Below, piece by piece: positions 8,847 through 18,752 of a stretch of 64,000 bases of DNA. Source of the DNA: Planctomycetota bacterium. Its GTDB lineage: Bacteria; Planctomycetota; UBA1135. The notes under the pieces were generated by a model. That model worked only from the letters and a program-made list of their open reading frames with translations. It did not search any database and was not told the DNA's origin. Numbering within the stretch: the first letter of the stretch is position 1; each line of letters starts with the position of its first letter. The DNA lies in NCBI GenBank assembly GCA_045047305.1, contig JASFYO010000005.1, positions 12,277 through 76,276 of the forward strand. Direction: 5' to 3'. The position numbers were made by a program, and so were the translations under genes.

Positions 8847-9599
8847 TTAGCTGCGGTTACGGCGCTCTAATGGAATACCATATTCCGTATCCAACAGCCC
8901 ACGCAAAGCCACAAAATCATCAAGGATATGATTCGGCTCGGTGAGTGGCGGAGTTTGGGAGCGCTTACCGTTACCGCGAATCCATACCGTGCGTAAACCA
9001 GCTGCATTGGCAGGATCGACATCATGGAATGGATGGTCCCCCACGTGCATCACTTGATCCGGGGCAACGCCTGCAACTTCTGCACACTGCGCATAAAGCC
9101 GTGGATTGGACTTGGCAATACCAACCGCATTGGTGATGAACAACAGTTTTTGATCAATGAAGCGGTCCACGCCCAAGCGCAGGAGCTTCTCCATTTGCTT
9201 GTGAACCAATCCCGCGCTGATCACACCCAAACGTAGGTCGGTGGTTGCAAGATCGCGCAACAGTGCTTCGGCCTCTGGACGGATTTTCAGCTTCTGCCAT
9301 TTGGCATTGTGATAGGCAATCACGCCAGCAACGACCAACAAATCTGGATTAGCACCCGCGGTGGCACTCTGCGGCAAACGCTTCAGCAAACGGTTGTAGT
9401 GGTGGTCATCGTTGGAACCGAATTCGGCAACCACTTGAGAAAGCTCATCGAGAACTGGCCCGACCTCAGCTTTGAGGCCACGCGCAATCATGGCTTCCAC
9501 CGCTTTGGTGCGGGCATCGACCACGAAATCGGAGGTCCCGAAAAGGGTGTCATCGATGTCTAGAAAGATGACCTTGAGCTTTGGAGAGGATGCACTCAC
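8847..9599 (-). CDS. HAD-superfamily IA hydrolase (TIGR02253-like)
   Basis: Motif I DIDDTL, motif II VIS, motif III K, motif IV HVGDHPFHDV. GTGA overlap with the upstream ABC ATPase. Confidence 0.85.
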   Translation of the reverse strand: MSASSPKLKVIFLDIDDTLFGTSDFVVDARTKAVEAMIARGLKAEVGPVLDELSQVVAEFGSNDDHHYNRLLKRLPQSATAGANPDLLVVAGVIAYHNAKWQKLKIRPEAEALLRDLATTDLRLGVISAGLVHKQMEKLLRLGVDRFIDQKLLFITNAVGIAKSNPRLYAQCAEVAGVAPDQVMHVGDHPFHDVDPANAAGLRTVWIRGNGKRSQTPPLTEPNHILDDFVALRGLLDTEYGIPLERRNRS

Positions 9600-11230
9600 T
9601 GCGTCGAGTGTACCGCCGCAGCCGCATCAAGGAGGCGTCGGGTGTAGGCGTGTTGCGGGTTACGGAGGACGTCGACCGTCATGCCTTGCTCTACGATTTG
9701 ACCGTCCTTCATCACCGCCACGCGATCGGAAAATCGCCGCACTGCATCCAAATCATGAGTAATGAATAAGTAAGCGATACCGCGTAAGGATTGCAGGTCT
9801 GCGAGCAGTTCAAGAATTTGCTCCTGAATGTTGGCATCGAGCGCGGAAATGGCTTCATCACAGACCACTAAACTTGGTTGCAGAGCGATCGCACGCGCAA
9901 TCGCCACGCGCTGACATTGGCCACCGCTGAGTTGGTCGGGGAAGGCGTCGGCATGATCGGGGCCTAGGCCAACATCGGCGAGCAGGCCTAAGGCACGCCT
10001 CCGCAACTCTCTGCCCTTGGCCACCCCATGTATAGCTAAAGGCTCCGAGACGCTCTGCCAGGCACGCATGCGAGGGTCTAGCGCTGAAACCGGGTCTTGG
10101 AACACCATCCCAACATGGCGCCTGAGAGGTCTTAGCTTGGCCTGACTGAGACCGGACCAATCCACTTGCTCGCCGTTGGGCAATCCCAGGGTGATTTTGC
10201 CTTGCTCCATCGGGATCAAACGCAAAAGCGCACGCCCAACACTGGTCTTGCCACTGCCGGATTCCCCGACCAAGGCCAGCGTCTCTCCCGGCGCGATCTC
10301 GAAGTCGACCGCTTGCACCGCAAGATGACCATTCTTCATCCCACCACTAGGACCGGGATAGCGCACCGTCATCGAGGAGACGTGGCACACCGGGGTATTA
10401 GCCCCAAGGCTGTCGGCCTCCGTTGGTTTTGCCTCAAGGCCTGCAAGCGCTGCCCGCACCAACTCCTGGGTGTAAGCGTGCTGGGGATGCGCAAACAGAT
10501 CCTTTGGCGCACCCCGCTCAACCACCTTGCCATTTTGCATCACCATGGCTTCTTGACAAAAAGTGCGCACCAACTGTAAATCGTGGCTAATCCACAGCAT
10601 GGCCAAGCCGCGTTGCAATCGCAGGCGGTCCAGCAAAGCGAGGATTTGCTCCTGCACAGTGACATCGAGGGCTGTGGTGGGCTCATCTGCAATCAAGATT
10701 TCGGGCTCACCGGCAAGTGCCACTGCGATCAAAATCCGTTGCCGCTGACCACCGCTTAACTGATGCGGATAACGACGCGCAAGTTTGGCTCCATCCGCAA
10801 GATCGACTTCTTTCAGCAGCTCCAACATGCGTGTCTTTCGCGCTGCACGCTTAAGTTGCGGGCAGTGGGTCGCGAGTACTTCTTCGACTTGATTCCCGAC
10901 CCGCAACACCGGATTCAGTGCCGAGGACGGATCCTGGAAAATGTAGGCCACCTTGGCGCCACGGTATTTGCGCAGCGCAGATTCTTTGAGCGTGGTGAGC
11001 TCGATGCCTTGAAAACGCACGCTCCCAGCACTGCGTTGCACGCCGAAAGGAAGCAATCCCATCAGGGATAAGGCGGTCAGGCTCTTTCCACTCCCCGATT
11101 CGCCGACCAGAGCCAAGGTCCTTCCAGCTTCCAGTTGGAAGTGCATGTCCTCCACCAAAGGCGGCTTAGAAGCAGCGCCAACGACCTCCAAGCGGAGACC
11201 TTTGACCTCGAGCAGCGGCGGAGATGTCAC
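9596..11230 (-). CDS. Peptide/nickel ABC transporter ATP-binding protein, fused double NBD (OppD/F-like)
   Basis: Two GESGSGK Walker A motifs, two LSGGQ signatures, ADEPTTALD and CDEAISALD. Start GTG 11230 lies 6 nt after TACAAT. Confidence 0.95.
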   Translation of the reverse strand: MTSPPLLEVKGLRLEVVGAASKPPLVEDMHFQLEAGRTLALVGESGSGKSLTALSLMGLLPFGVQRSAGSVRFQGIELTTLKESALRKYRGAKVAYIFQDPSSALNPVLRVGNQVEEVLATHCPQLKRAARKTRMLELLKEVDLADGAKLARRYPHQLSGGQRQRILIAVALAGEPEILIADEPTTALDVTVQEQILALLDRLRLQRGLAMLWISHDLQLVRTFCQEAMVMQNGKVVERGAPKDLFAHPQHAYTQELVRAALAGLEAKPTEADSLGANTPVCHVSSMTVRYPGPSGGMKNGHLAVQAVDFEIAPGETLALVGESGSGKTSVGRALLRLIPMEQGKITLGLPNGEQVDWSGLSQAKLRPLRRHVGMVFQDPVSALDPRMRAWQSVSEPLAIHGVAKGRELRRRALGLLADVGLGPDHADAFPDQLSGGQCQRVAIARAIALQPSLVVCDEAISALDANIQEQILELLADLQSLRGIAYLFITHDLDAVRRFSDRVAVMKDGQIVEQGMTVDVLRNPQHAYTRRLLDAAAAVHSTQ

Positions 11231-11291
11231 GCTTCGATTGTACGGCGCAGCAAGGACTGATTCCGCCCCGCTCAAGCGTTATCCTCTGGGC

Positions 11292-12833
11292 GTGACTTTG
11301 CCTCCACGATTCCTGCCGCGCTGGTTCATCGCCATGCTGATGATGATTGGGGGCTGCAATGCATGTATGCCACCTGCTGCAGCAGCCTTGACCGTGGCCA
11401 ACGGGCCCGATGTGGAGGTTTTAGACCCGCAAATTACTTCTACCACAGCTGGCAGTCGCATTTTCTCTGCGCTCTTTGCAGGCTTGACCCGCCTCGATCC
11501 AGCTACTTTAGAGGTCGTGCCAGGCTTGGCGGATAAATGGCAGAAGGAAGATCCGCGCGGGCAAGTTTGGACCTTCACCTTGCGCGAAGGCTTATTTTGG
11601 TCCGATGGAAGTGCACTCACAGTGGAAGATGTACGTGCTTCTTGGGAACGTTTAGCGGACCCTCAAACCGGGGCTGATTATGCCGCATGGATGCGCGGTG
11701 CCGAGGTACTTGTGAATGCAGAACTACGCTCCGTACAAGTGCATTTTCCCGCTCCGCAACCACTATTTGATCGCATGTGTGCATTCCATGCACTTGCCCC
11801 TATTCCCGCAGCTTTGCGCGACGCCGCTCCAGGCTCCACCCCGGAAATACTCCCATGCAGCGGCCCTTACCAGTTACTCGATCGCCGCATCCGCGACCGC
11901 ATTCGGGTGGTGCGCAATCCTTACTCTTGGCGTAAAGCGGAACTTGGGTTTAACAGTATTGATTTCCTAACGCTGGACTCGCAGTTCACTGCGCTCAATC
12001 TATTCCTCGCCGGAGATGTTTGGTTTACCCCCAACGTCCCAGACTTAGCAGTACCTGCACTGCAACGTGATTATCAAGAGGCTTTTCAACCTCAAGCTCA
12101 ATTCGCAACTTACTTTTTGCGTTTCCAAATCCATAGTGGTCCATTTCGAGACAAGGATTTACGTCTCGCATTGATCCATGCCGTTGATCGTGATGCCGTG
12201 GCAAAAAACCTGGGCGGAGGACGTCCGGCTGCTGAGAGTTTTGTGCCTCCATTGACTCCAGGATATCCGCGCGTGGAGGGTCCTAAATTTGATTTAAAGC
12301 TCGCACGTGCCGCTTTATCTCGTTATCAGAAATCCCATCCCGGGCCGCTTCCGCGCTTGGAATACCTCTATCCGAGCTCCGACTTCAACCGCAACCTTGC
12401 CGAAGTTTTGCAGCAGCAATGGGCACAAAATCTTGGTGTCCAAGTGGCGCTTTCTAATCAAGAGGCGAAGACCTTCTTTCCCGCGCAACGCAGTTTGCAA
12501 TATCAAGTGAGTCATTCCAGTTGGGTTGGGGATTACTTGGACCCACTCACTTTCTTGGAGAACTTTGTGGCGGACAGTGGCAACAACCGCACCGGCTTTG
12601 CCAGTAAGAAATATGCAGACTTACTGCAATGGGCAGCGGAATGTGGAGACCCCGCTTTACGCTTGGACTTACTCGCGCAGGCTGAAAGCTTGTTGTTAGA
12701 AGAAGCCGTGATCTTGCCTTTACTACTCGACGTTGGGCAAGAACTGGTGGCACCACAGCTTGGAGGATTCACCCGTAACGCCTCCGGTGTCATCGATTGG
12801 GCTGCACTTTATCCGCAAGCGGAAGTCCAATGA
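11292..12833 (+). CDS. oppA: Oligopeptide ABC transporter substrate-binding lipoprotein (family 5)
   Basis: LDPQ, WTFTLREGLFWSDG, GPYQL and W.GDYLDPLTFL motifs; lipobox-like MIGG-C. Start GTG 11292 lies 6 nt after TATCCT. Confidence 0.9.
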   Translation: MTLPPRFLPRWFIAMLMMIGGCNACMPPAAAALTVANGPDVEVLDPQITSTTAGSRIFSALFAGLTRLDPATLEVVPGLADKWQKEDPRGQVWTFTLREGLFWSDGSALTVEDVRASWERLADPQTGADYAAWMRGAEVLVNAELRSVQVHFPAPQPLFDRMCAFHALAPIPAALRDAAPGSTPEILPCSGPYQLLDRRIRDRIRVVRNPYSWRKAELGFNSIDFLTLDSQFTALNLFLAGDVWFTPNVPDLAVPALQRDYQEAFQPQAQFATYFLRFQIHSGPFRDKDLRLALIHAVDRDAVAKNLGGGRPAAESFVPPLTPGYPRVEGPKFDLKLARAALSRYQKSHPGPLPRLEYLYPSSDFNRNLAEVLQQQWAQNLGVQVALSNQEAKTFFPAQRSLQYQVSHSSWVGDYLDPLTFLENFVADSGNNRTGFASKKYADLLQWAAECGDPALRLDLLAQAESLLLEEAVILPLLLDVGQELVAPQLGGFTRNASGVIDWAALYPQAEVQ

Positions 12834-13750
12834 AAATGCGCATCGCCCGACGTTTAGGAGCATGGATTCTCGGCATCTTGCTGGTGCATGCACTCGCCTT
12901 CCTGATGATGCGCACCACCCGCGGTGGCCCCTTCGATGATGCACGTGCACTCGATCCCGTCGTCCGCCAAGCCCTCGAACAGCGCTACGGCCTAGACCAA
13001 CCACTTTTCATCCAGTACGGTCACGCCTTGCGCGGTCTATTGCAAGCCGATTTCGGTCCATCGTTGCGCTACCGAGACACGCAAGTCAGCACTTTACTTG
13101 CCGACGCCCTCCCCATTTCCCTCATCCTTGGCGGCGGCGCTCTGCTGATTGCTTTACTCATCGGCATCCCCGCAGGTCTTTACAGCGCGCGGCGTTCGCG
13201 ACATCTTTGTGGCAAGCTGGTCCACACCAGCGGCACTCTCTTACTTGCCTTGCCGAACTTTGTTCTAGCTGGGCTGCTGCTTGCCATTTTCAGTTTCCGC
13301 CTCGGTTGGCTGCCACCTGCTGGACTCGGCGGCATGCGCCATTTTCTTTTACCTTGGCTATGCCTCGCACTGCCACTCAGTGCTCAAATCCTACTTTTAG
13401 TGCGCAGCAAGGCGAAAGAAGCCTTGGCTAGTGACTGCGTACGGCATGCAACCGCCGCAGGATTACCGCCCCGCATGATTGCCCGGCGCTATGTTTTACG
13501 CCCAAGTCTCGGCCCCGTTCTCGCCTTCCTCGGCCCCGCCAGCGCCGCACTGCTTACCGGTTCGCTGGTAATTGAAAAAGTCTTCGCACTCCCAGGCTTA
13601 GGCACCTTTTTTGTGCAGGCGGCACTCTCGCGCGACTACACCTTGGCCCTTGGCGTTACCGTCGTTTACACCGCACTGCTCGGCCTGTGCACGCTTGCCG
13701 CCGACTTACTCATGGCACGTTTCGATCCGCGCATGGAGGCCGTTTCGTGA
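12830..13750 (+). CDS. oppB: Oligopeptide ABC permease
   Basis: GGPF, YGLDQPL, DFGPSLRY and TGSLVIEKVFALPGLG motifs; ATGA overlap with the oppA stop. Confidence 0.9.
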   Translation: MKMRIARRLGAWILGILLVHALAFLMMRTTRGGPFDDARALDPVVRQALEQRYGLDQPLFIQYGHALRGLLQADFGPSLRYRDTQVSTLLADALPISLILGGGALLIALLIGIPAGLYSARRSRHLCGKLVHTSGTLLLALPNFVLAGLLLAIFSFRLGWLPPAGLGGMRHFLLPWLCLALPLSAQILLLVRSKAKEALASDCVRHATAAGLPPRMIARRYVLRPSLGPVLAFLGPASAALLTGSLVIEKVFALPGLGTFFVQAALSRDYTLALGVTVVYTALLGLCTLAADLLMARFDPRMEAVS

Positions 13751-14580
13751 ATGCTTCGCGCAGCCAAAAACTAGCCTGGGGATTCCTCATCAGCCTTGCC
13801 GTGGCCGCCTTATTGGCGCCATGGCTTCCACTCGCCGATTTTCGCGCGATGGATCCCGACGCCAGGCTCATCCCACCGCAGTGGACCTCCGCGCCTTTCC
13901 TCGGCACCGATGCCCAAGGCCGCGATTTACTTTCTCGTGTGCTTTGGGGCGCACGCATTTCGCTCACGGTCGGATTCTTTGGCACTCTCGTCGCCATGCT
14001 CATCGGCATACCTTACGGCGCAATTGCCGGTTTCTGCGGTGGGCGCGTCGATCGCGTCCAAATGCGCTTTGCCGATGCACTAGAAAGCATTCCAATGGTG
14101 GTGTTCGTCCTGTTCTTGCTTTCCATTTTGCAGGAGTATCGAGCCGACCTTGCAGTCTTTGGTTTCGGTCGCCTGCAACTATTCTTTGTCGCAGTAGGCG
14201 TCTTGTTTTGGCTCCCGACGGCACGTGTAGCACGTGCCGAGGCCTTGCGTTTGCGCAAACAACCTTTTGTTCAAGCAGCCATGGCTGGAGGCATGCAACG
14301 ACACATGATTTTATGGCGCCACATTCTGCCCAACATGTTGCCTGCTTTACGCGTGATGCTTTTACTCACCGTCCCACGGGTGATTTTGATGGAAGCCTTT
14401 TTGAGCTTCCTTGGACTAGGCGTAGAACCACCAGCAGTTTCTTGGGGTGGGCTGGCCAGTGATGGATTAGCCGCCATGAATCCACTAGTGGATTCCATTT
14501 GGCTCATGCTGGTACCCAGTGTTGCCTTGGCGCTGACCTTGTTAGCCTTGCAACGCGTTGCGCATCAGGCGGAAGATTAA
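13747..14580 (+). CDS. oppC: Oligopeptide ABC permease
   Basis: LGTDAQGRDLLSRVLWGARISL, HILPN and EAFLSFLGLG motifs; GTGA overlap with the oppB stop. Confidence 0.9.
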   Translation: MNASRSQKLAWGFLISLAVAALLAPWLPLADFRAMDPDARLIPPQWTSAPFLGTDAQGRDLLSRVLWGARISLTVGFFGTLVAMLIGIPYGAIAGFCGGRVDRVQMRFADALESIPMVVFVLFLLSILQEYRADLAVFGFGRLQLFFVAVGVLFWLPTARVARAEALRLRKQPFVQAAMAGGMQRHMILWRHILPNMLPALRVMLLLTVPRVILMEAFLSFLGLGVEPPAVSWGGLASDGLAAMNPLVDSIWLMLVPSVALALTLLALQRVAHQAED

Positions 14581-15170
14581 GCCTTCGTCCACGCGTCGCG
14601 CGCAGCCCGCACCGCAACTTTCACTTCATCCCAGTTCTCGGCTCGAGGACCTGCAACATGGCGGTTGGTGGAGTTGGCGTAAACCAAAACATGGTTGCCG
14701 TCGGCGCGAAGTTGCTCGATATTGCTTGGAGCATCTTCAATATAGAAGTGAGCGCCCACAGCCTTCTTATCCCCCATAAAGCAAAGATCGTAGTACGGGA
14801 TGTCGTGGTGATCCAACCAACCGATAGTTTGCTGCACGGCGGTTTGGTGAAAACGACCGATGAACAAACGGTGGGTGATAATACGGATTTGAATGCCCTC
14901 GGCAGACAGCTCGCGCAGCACTTGAGGCGCACGAGACATCGGCTCTAAATTACGGAATAGATTCCTTTGGGTGACTGCAAACCGATGCAAGGCTTTATAG
15001 CCACCTGGCGCATCCGGCACTCCCCACTCGGGCAAGCCATAGGAAACCTCCACCTCTAAGCTATCCAGCGGTACCCCTAGCCACTCCGCAGCAATCGGGC
15101 GCAGACCTTGGTAGAAGTCCGCGGTACAGCCATCAAGGTCCAGGCCGAGGATGAAGGGTTGCTCGTTCAC
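14577..15170 (-). CDS. NT5C-type 5'(3')-deoxyribonucleotidase-like HAD protein
   Basis: LDLDGCTADF motif I; FRNLEPM; IITHR; YIED.P.N. Start GTG 15170 lies 6 nt after TATCAT. Confidence 0.8.
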   Translation of the reverse strand: MNEQPFILGLDLDGCTADFYQGLRPIAAEWLGVPLDSLEVEVSYGLPEWGVPDAPGGYKALHRFAVTQRNLFRNLEPMSRAPQVLRELSAEGIQIRIITHRLFIGRFHQTAVQQTIGWLDHHDIPYYDLCFMGDKKAVGAHFYIEDAPSNIEQLRADGNHVLVYANSTNRHVAGPRAENWDEVKVAVRAARDAWTKA

Positions 15171-15220
15171 GCACCCATGATAGATGCGCGATAGGGCCAC
15201 CAGACCGTTAACATAGAAGC

Positions 15221-15976
15221 GTGTCGACCTGCCGCTACTGCGCTATTCGAATCACCGCGAGTGCAACCTTCTGCCCCAATTGTGGACAGGAGGTTTTCGG
15301 CAAACGTAAGCGCTTGCAATTAGAGCCGCCGGTGAATCCAAACTTCACCGACCGCATGCACCTACAAGGCAGAAACGCCTCACGCCTGCTGGTGGCCTTA
15401 CTTGCGACTCTTTTCGGAAGCGCAGCCTTTATTGGTCTTTTCTTTGGGCAAGATGGCGACGGCATGCTGATCGGCGGTATCGCAATGGCCATGGTGACCA
15501 TGCTTTGCGCATTACCCGAACTCAGGGAATTGAGAGAGCTTTTCCGCGCTGTAAACCTCATGCGCCTAAAGCCATGGATGGTTGCCATCGTCGTCACCCC
15601 ATTCTTGCCTCTGCTTGCCGACCTTTGGCTAGACCTTATTGGGTTCGACCCCCAACCCGCAGAAGAAATGCTGCCCGAGTTCACTCCTGGAATGGCCTTA
15701 TTGACCATTTGCATCATGCCAGGCATCTTTGAAGAACTTGCCTTTCGCGGGGTTGTTTTTGGCAATCTACGCCACATGCTGTCGCCCAAGTGGGCCCAAA
15801 TTTTAACCGCAGCTCTTTTTGCTGGGATGCATTTCAACCCCATCATTTTCCCGTATCACCTTCTGATTGGCCTATACCTAGGACTCTTGCGAACCCGCAG
15901 CGGTACCCTACTTATCCCGATGTTTGCCCATGCCTTACATAACGGCGTCATCGTTTTCTTCTACGAAAGTACTTAG
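15221..15976 (+). CDS. CPBP (CAAX/Abi) intramembrane metalloprotease with N-terminal zinc ribbon
   Basis: CRYC...CPNC at the N-terminus; EELAFRG, FAGMH and HALHN catalytic motifs. Confidence 0.85.
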   Translation: MSTCRYCAIRITASATFCPNCGQEVFGKRKRLQLEPPVNPNFTDRMHLQGRNASRLLVALLATLFGSAAFIGLFFGQDGDGMLIGGIAMAMVTMLCALPELRELRELFRAVNLMRLKPWMVAIVVTPFLPLLADLWLDLIGFDPQPAEEMLPEFTPGMALLTICIMPGIFEELAFRGVVFGNLRHMLSPKWAQILTAALFAGMHFNPIIFPYHLLIGLYLGLLRTRSGTLLIPMFAHALHNGVIVFFYEST

Positions 15977-16354
15977 GTGTATTCCCAGGCATTCCCCACC
16001 CGAAAGCTTCTGCTGGCCCTACTCGCTGTAGCGACTGGGGTTGTCTTGGCTTCCTGGATGCAAGTCAGCCATACAGGGCTGGCTTTTGCGGGATACTCCC
16101 TTCCTTCGCTTTGCATTTATGAGTCTTTGGGCCACGCATGCCCTGGCTGCGGCACCACCCGCGCCGGCGTCTTGCTTTTGCAAGGCCAGCTTTTTGAGAG
16201 TCTTCGACTCCAACCTGCCTTACCTTTATTCCTCCTTGCCGGTCTCTTTAACCTGCGCCAGAAATCCTCCACGCAATTTTCTTGGGCGCGCAATTTTGCA
16301 CTCCTCGGCCTCGTGGTCGCCTCCTGGAATTTGATCCCCCACTTCGTTTCTTAG
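15977..16354 (+). CDS. DUF2752-like membrane protein
   Basis: C..E.LG..CPGCGTTRA motif between transmembrane segments. Confidence 0.75.
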   Translation: MYSQAFPTRKLLLALLAVATGVVLASWMQVSHTGLAFAGYSLPSLCIYESLGHACPGCGTTRAGVLLLQGQLFESLRLQPALPLFLLAGLFNLRQKSSTQFSWARNFALLGLVVASWNLIPHFVS

Positions 16355-16359
16355 CATTC

Positions 16360-16923
16360 ATGGACCATGCCACCCTCATTTTCTTCGGGCAGCTTGCCGC
16401 TTGGGCCATCCTGGGCGTTATCTGCGCCTTCATTGCCAAAAATCGCGGACGCAGTCCTCTTGGTTGGTTTTTCATTGGCCTAGTCGGTGGCTGCATTGGC
16501 CTTATCTTGGTTCTAGTATTGCCAGACCTAAAAAAGGAAGCTGAAACCAAAAATCGCGAAAAACGTCTGCGCAATAAACTACAAGAAGAACTCATGCAGG
16601 AGCGAATGAAGAACCAAGCGTTCCGCGGACACGCCACCAACCGGCTTGATGCGCATGATGAACACCTCGGGGTGGACACAAGAGCCGCTGCAGGTTCGGT
16701 GTTGCCACCACCACTGGTGCCTGAAGAGTTGGACGAAGGCGTCCCCAAATCCGGTTGGCACATTGCGCTACCCGGTCAAGATTCCGAAGGTCCATTTACC
16801 TTAGCAGAGATGAAGCATCGCCTCCAAAGTGGCGCGCTCTCGAACAAAACCCTGGTGTGGCACGAATCACTCGAGGACTGGTGTGTAGTTTCCGCTTCCC
16901 CACTGCACATCTTCCTCGCATGA
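16360..16923 (+). CDS. Membrane protein with C-terminal GYF_2 (DUF4339) domain
   Basis: Two transmembrane segments (IAKNRGRS..GWF), a coiled coil, then WHIA...EGPF...TLVWHESLEDW. Confidence 0.8.
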   Translation: MDHATLIFFGQLAAWAILGVICAFIAKNRGRSPLGWFFIGLVGGCIGLILVLVLPDLKKEAETKNREKRLRNKLQEELMQERMKNQAFRGHATNRLDAHDEHLGVDTRAAAGSVLPPPLVPEELDEGVPKSGWHIALPGQDSEGPFTLAEMKHRLQSGALSNKTLVWHESLEDWCVVSASPLHIFLA

Positions 16924-17816
16924 CACCGGAACCAGGATTGGTGCAAATACTAGGCCTTTACGAAGGGCCAACGGAAGCATGGAGTCCTCTTCAGGACCAG
17001 CTCGCGGACAGCTTACGCCGGGCCGGAGTACCCACCAATTTATTACGTGCAGTCATCTCTGGCGGACGCGCCTCATTGGAACCAGATCCTGGATTTTTCC
17101 CACGCGAGCAATTCGCAAGTAACCCTGGCGAGGCCGTTGCCTTGGCGCTGGACATGCTTTTGACCGAAACGGCCAACGGACAACCGGAAGACTGGTTTAG
17201 CACTTTACGTTTAATCGAATACCACGAAGACAAACGAGTGGAGACTTTCTTGCAAGTCCATCCCGACGGCGTTCGCGGCATTTCCCGTGAGCAACCTTGG
17301 AACCCTATCCCCAAGAAGAAACTCATCACCTTGCTGCGCGAACAGTGGTGGATGATTGTGCTTATCGTGGTGGGCGTCAGCGTGAGCGGTTGGCTCAAGC
17401 GCGATAGTATTCAGGAGCAGTGGGACCATTTACAAAGAGTCTTTTTCAGCGAAGACTTTGTGATTGGTGAATCCGTCGCCATCGAGCCCAATGGATTCGA
17501 CAGCTACCTCCAAGCGACCGTGCTTCCCATAAAGGAAGAGGGTCAACTGGTCATTGAATTTTCCAAGCGCGACAACTACCCGGACTCTCCTGCCGCCATT
17601 GATGCACTTCGCACCAATGCAAGCATGGCGGAGGCTGCAGCTCTATCCGCAATTGAATTGGGCTACGTCCAACTAGAGATCACTCTAGATAATGATTCCA
17701 CGCAACAGGTCCGGGTGTCCCTCAATCAATGGAACCAAGACGGAAAATATCTTCAGGTTTTTGATACCGACGCTTGGCAAGGTCGGGAGCTACGCCAAGT
17801 GCGGTTGTTCCCCTAA
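16920..17816 (+). CDS. Hypothetical single-pass membrane protein
   Basis: ATGA overlap with the upstream stop; central transmembrane segment WWMIVLIVVGVSVSGW. Confidence 0.7.
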   Translation: MTPEPGLVQILGLYEGPTEAWSPLQDQLADSLRRAGVPTNLLRAVISGGRASLEPDPGFFPREQFASNPGEAVALALDMLLTETANGQPEDWFSTLRLIEYHEDKRVETFLQVHPDGVRGISREQPWNPIPKKKLITLLREQWWMIVLIVVGVSVSGWLKRDSIQEQWDHLQRVFFSEDFVIGESVAIEPNGFDSYLQATVLPIKEEGQLVIEFSKRDNYPDSPAAIDALRTNASMAEAAALSAIELGYVQLEITLDNDSTQQVRVSLNQWNQDGKYLQVFDTDAWQGRELRQVRLFP

Positions 17817-18190
17817 GCTGGCTTCCGCGCAACCACGTCGATTTCTACGCGCAAGTCCATGGGCAAGCGCTGCACTTCCACGCACGAACGTGCCGGCTGG
17901 TGACCGGCCATGTATTCGGTGTAAATCTCGTTCATGGCAGCAAACTCGTTCATATCGGCCAAATAAACGGTTGCTTTCACCACGTCTTGCAGCGTGCATC
18001 CTGCAGCAGCCAGGATGGCTTGGAGGTTGGCAAAAGTTTGATGGGTTTGCGCCACCACATCTGCTCCGGCAGGACTGTTGTCGGCCTTAAGCCCAACGCA
18101 TCCGCTGGAGTAAACCCAACCATCCACTTCGATAGCTTGCGAATAAGGGCCAATGGCCTGCGAAGAATGGTCGGTGTGGATGATTTTCAT
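17813..18190 (-). CDS. ridA: RidA/YjgF family enamine-imine deaminase
   Basis: AIGPYSQA, VVKATVYL, PARSCV and VEIDVVA motifs. Confidence 0.92.
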   Translation of the reverse strand: MKIIHTDHSSQAIGPYSQAIEVDGWVYSSGCVGLKADNSPAGADVVAQTHQTFANLQAILAAAGCTLQDVVKATVYLADMNEFAAMNEIYTEYMAGHQPARSCVEVQRLPMDLRVEIDVVARKPA

Positions 18191-18192
18191 GC

Positions 18193-18687
18193 TTAAGACT
18201 TAGAACCTAGACGTTTCAGAAGGGCCAGGTGCACCGCTTCCGGCAGCAGTTTAGGCAAAACCCCGCCGGCAGCATAAACCTCTTTGATCAAGCTGCTGGA
18301 AAGGTAAGCGTAACGCTCATTCGGCATCACAAAAACGCTTTCGACTTCGGCAGCGAGCTGGCGGTTGGTCATCGCCATGGGATATTCGTATTCGAAATCA
18401 GTCACCGTGCGCACGCCACGCAACAAAACCTGAATGTCGTGCTGCTTCGCGAACTCCACCACTAAACCCTGCAGGCCGACGACTTCGACCGGCATACCTT
18501 GGACCTCTGCCTGCAGCATGGCAATGCGTTCTTCTACCGAGAAAGCCGGCTGTTTATTGCGATTACCCGCAACCGCAACCACAAGACCACCAAAGAGGTC
18601 TACACCGCGCTGAATCAGGTCCATGTGGCCCAAAGTGACGGGATCGAATGTGCCAGCGTAAAGGGCACGCTTGTGTGGCGAACTCAT
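18193..18687 (-). CDS. coaD: Phosphopantetheine adenylyltransferase
   Basis: YAGTFDPVTLGH, RGVRTVTDFEYE and SSSLIKE motifs. Confidence 0.97.
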   Translation of the reverse strand: MSSPHKRALYAGTFDPVTLGHMDLIQRGVDLFGGLVVAVAGNRNKQPAFSVEERIAMLQAEVQGMPVEVVGLQGLVVEFAKQHDIQVLLRGVRTVTDFEYEYPMAMTNRQLAAEVESVFVMPNERYAYLSSSLIKEVYAAGGVLPKLLPEAVHLALLKRLGSKS

Positions 18688-18752
18688 GACTGGATTGTAA
18701 GGTGCCGATGCCCTCGGTAATCCGTCTTCCGGCTAGAGCTTGCTCCGCTGTC

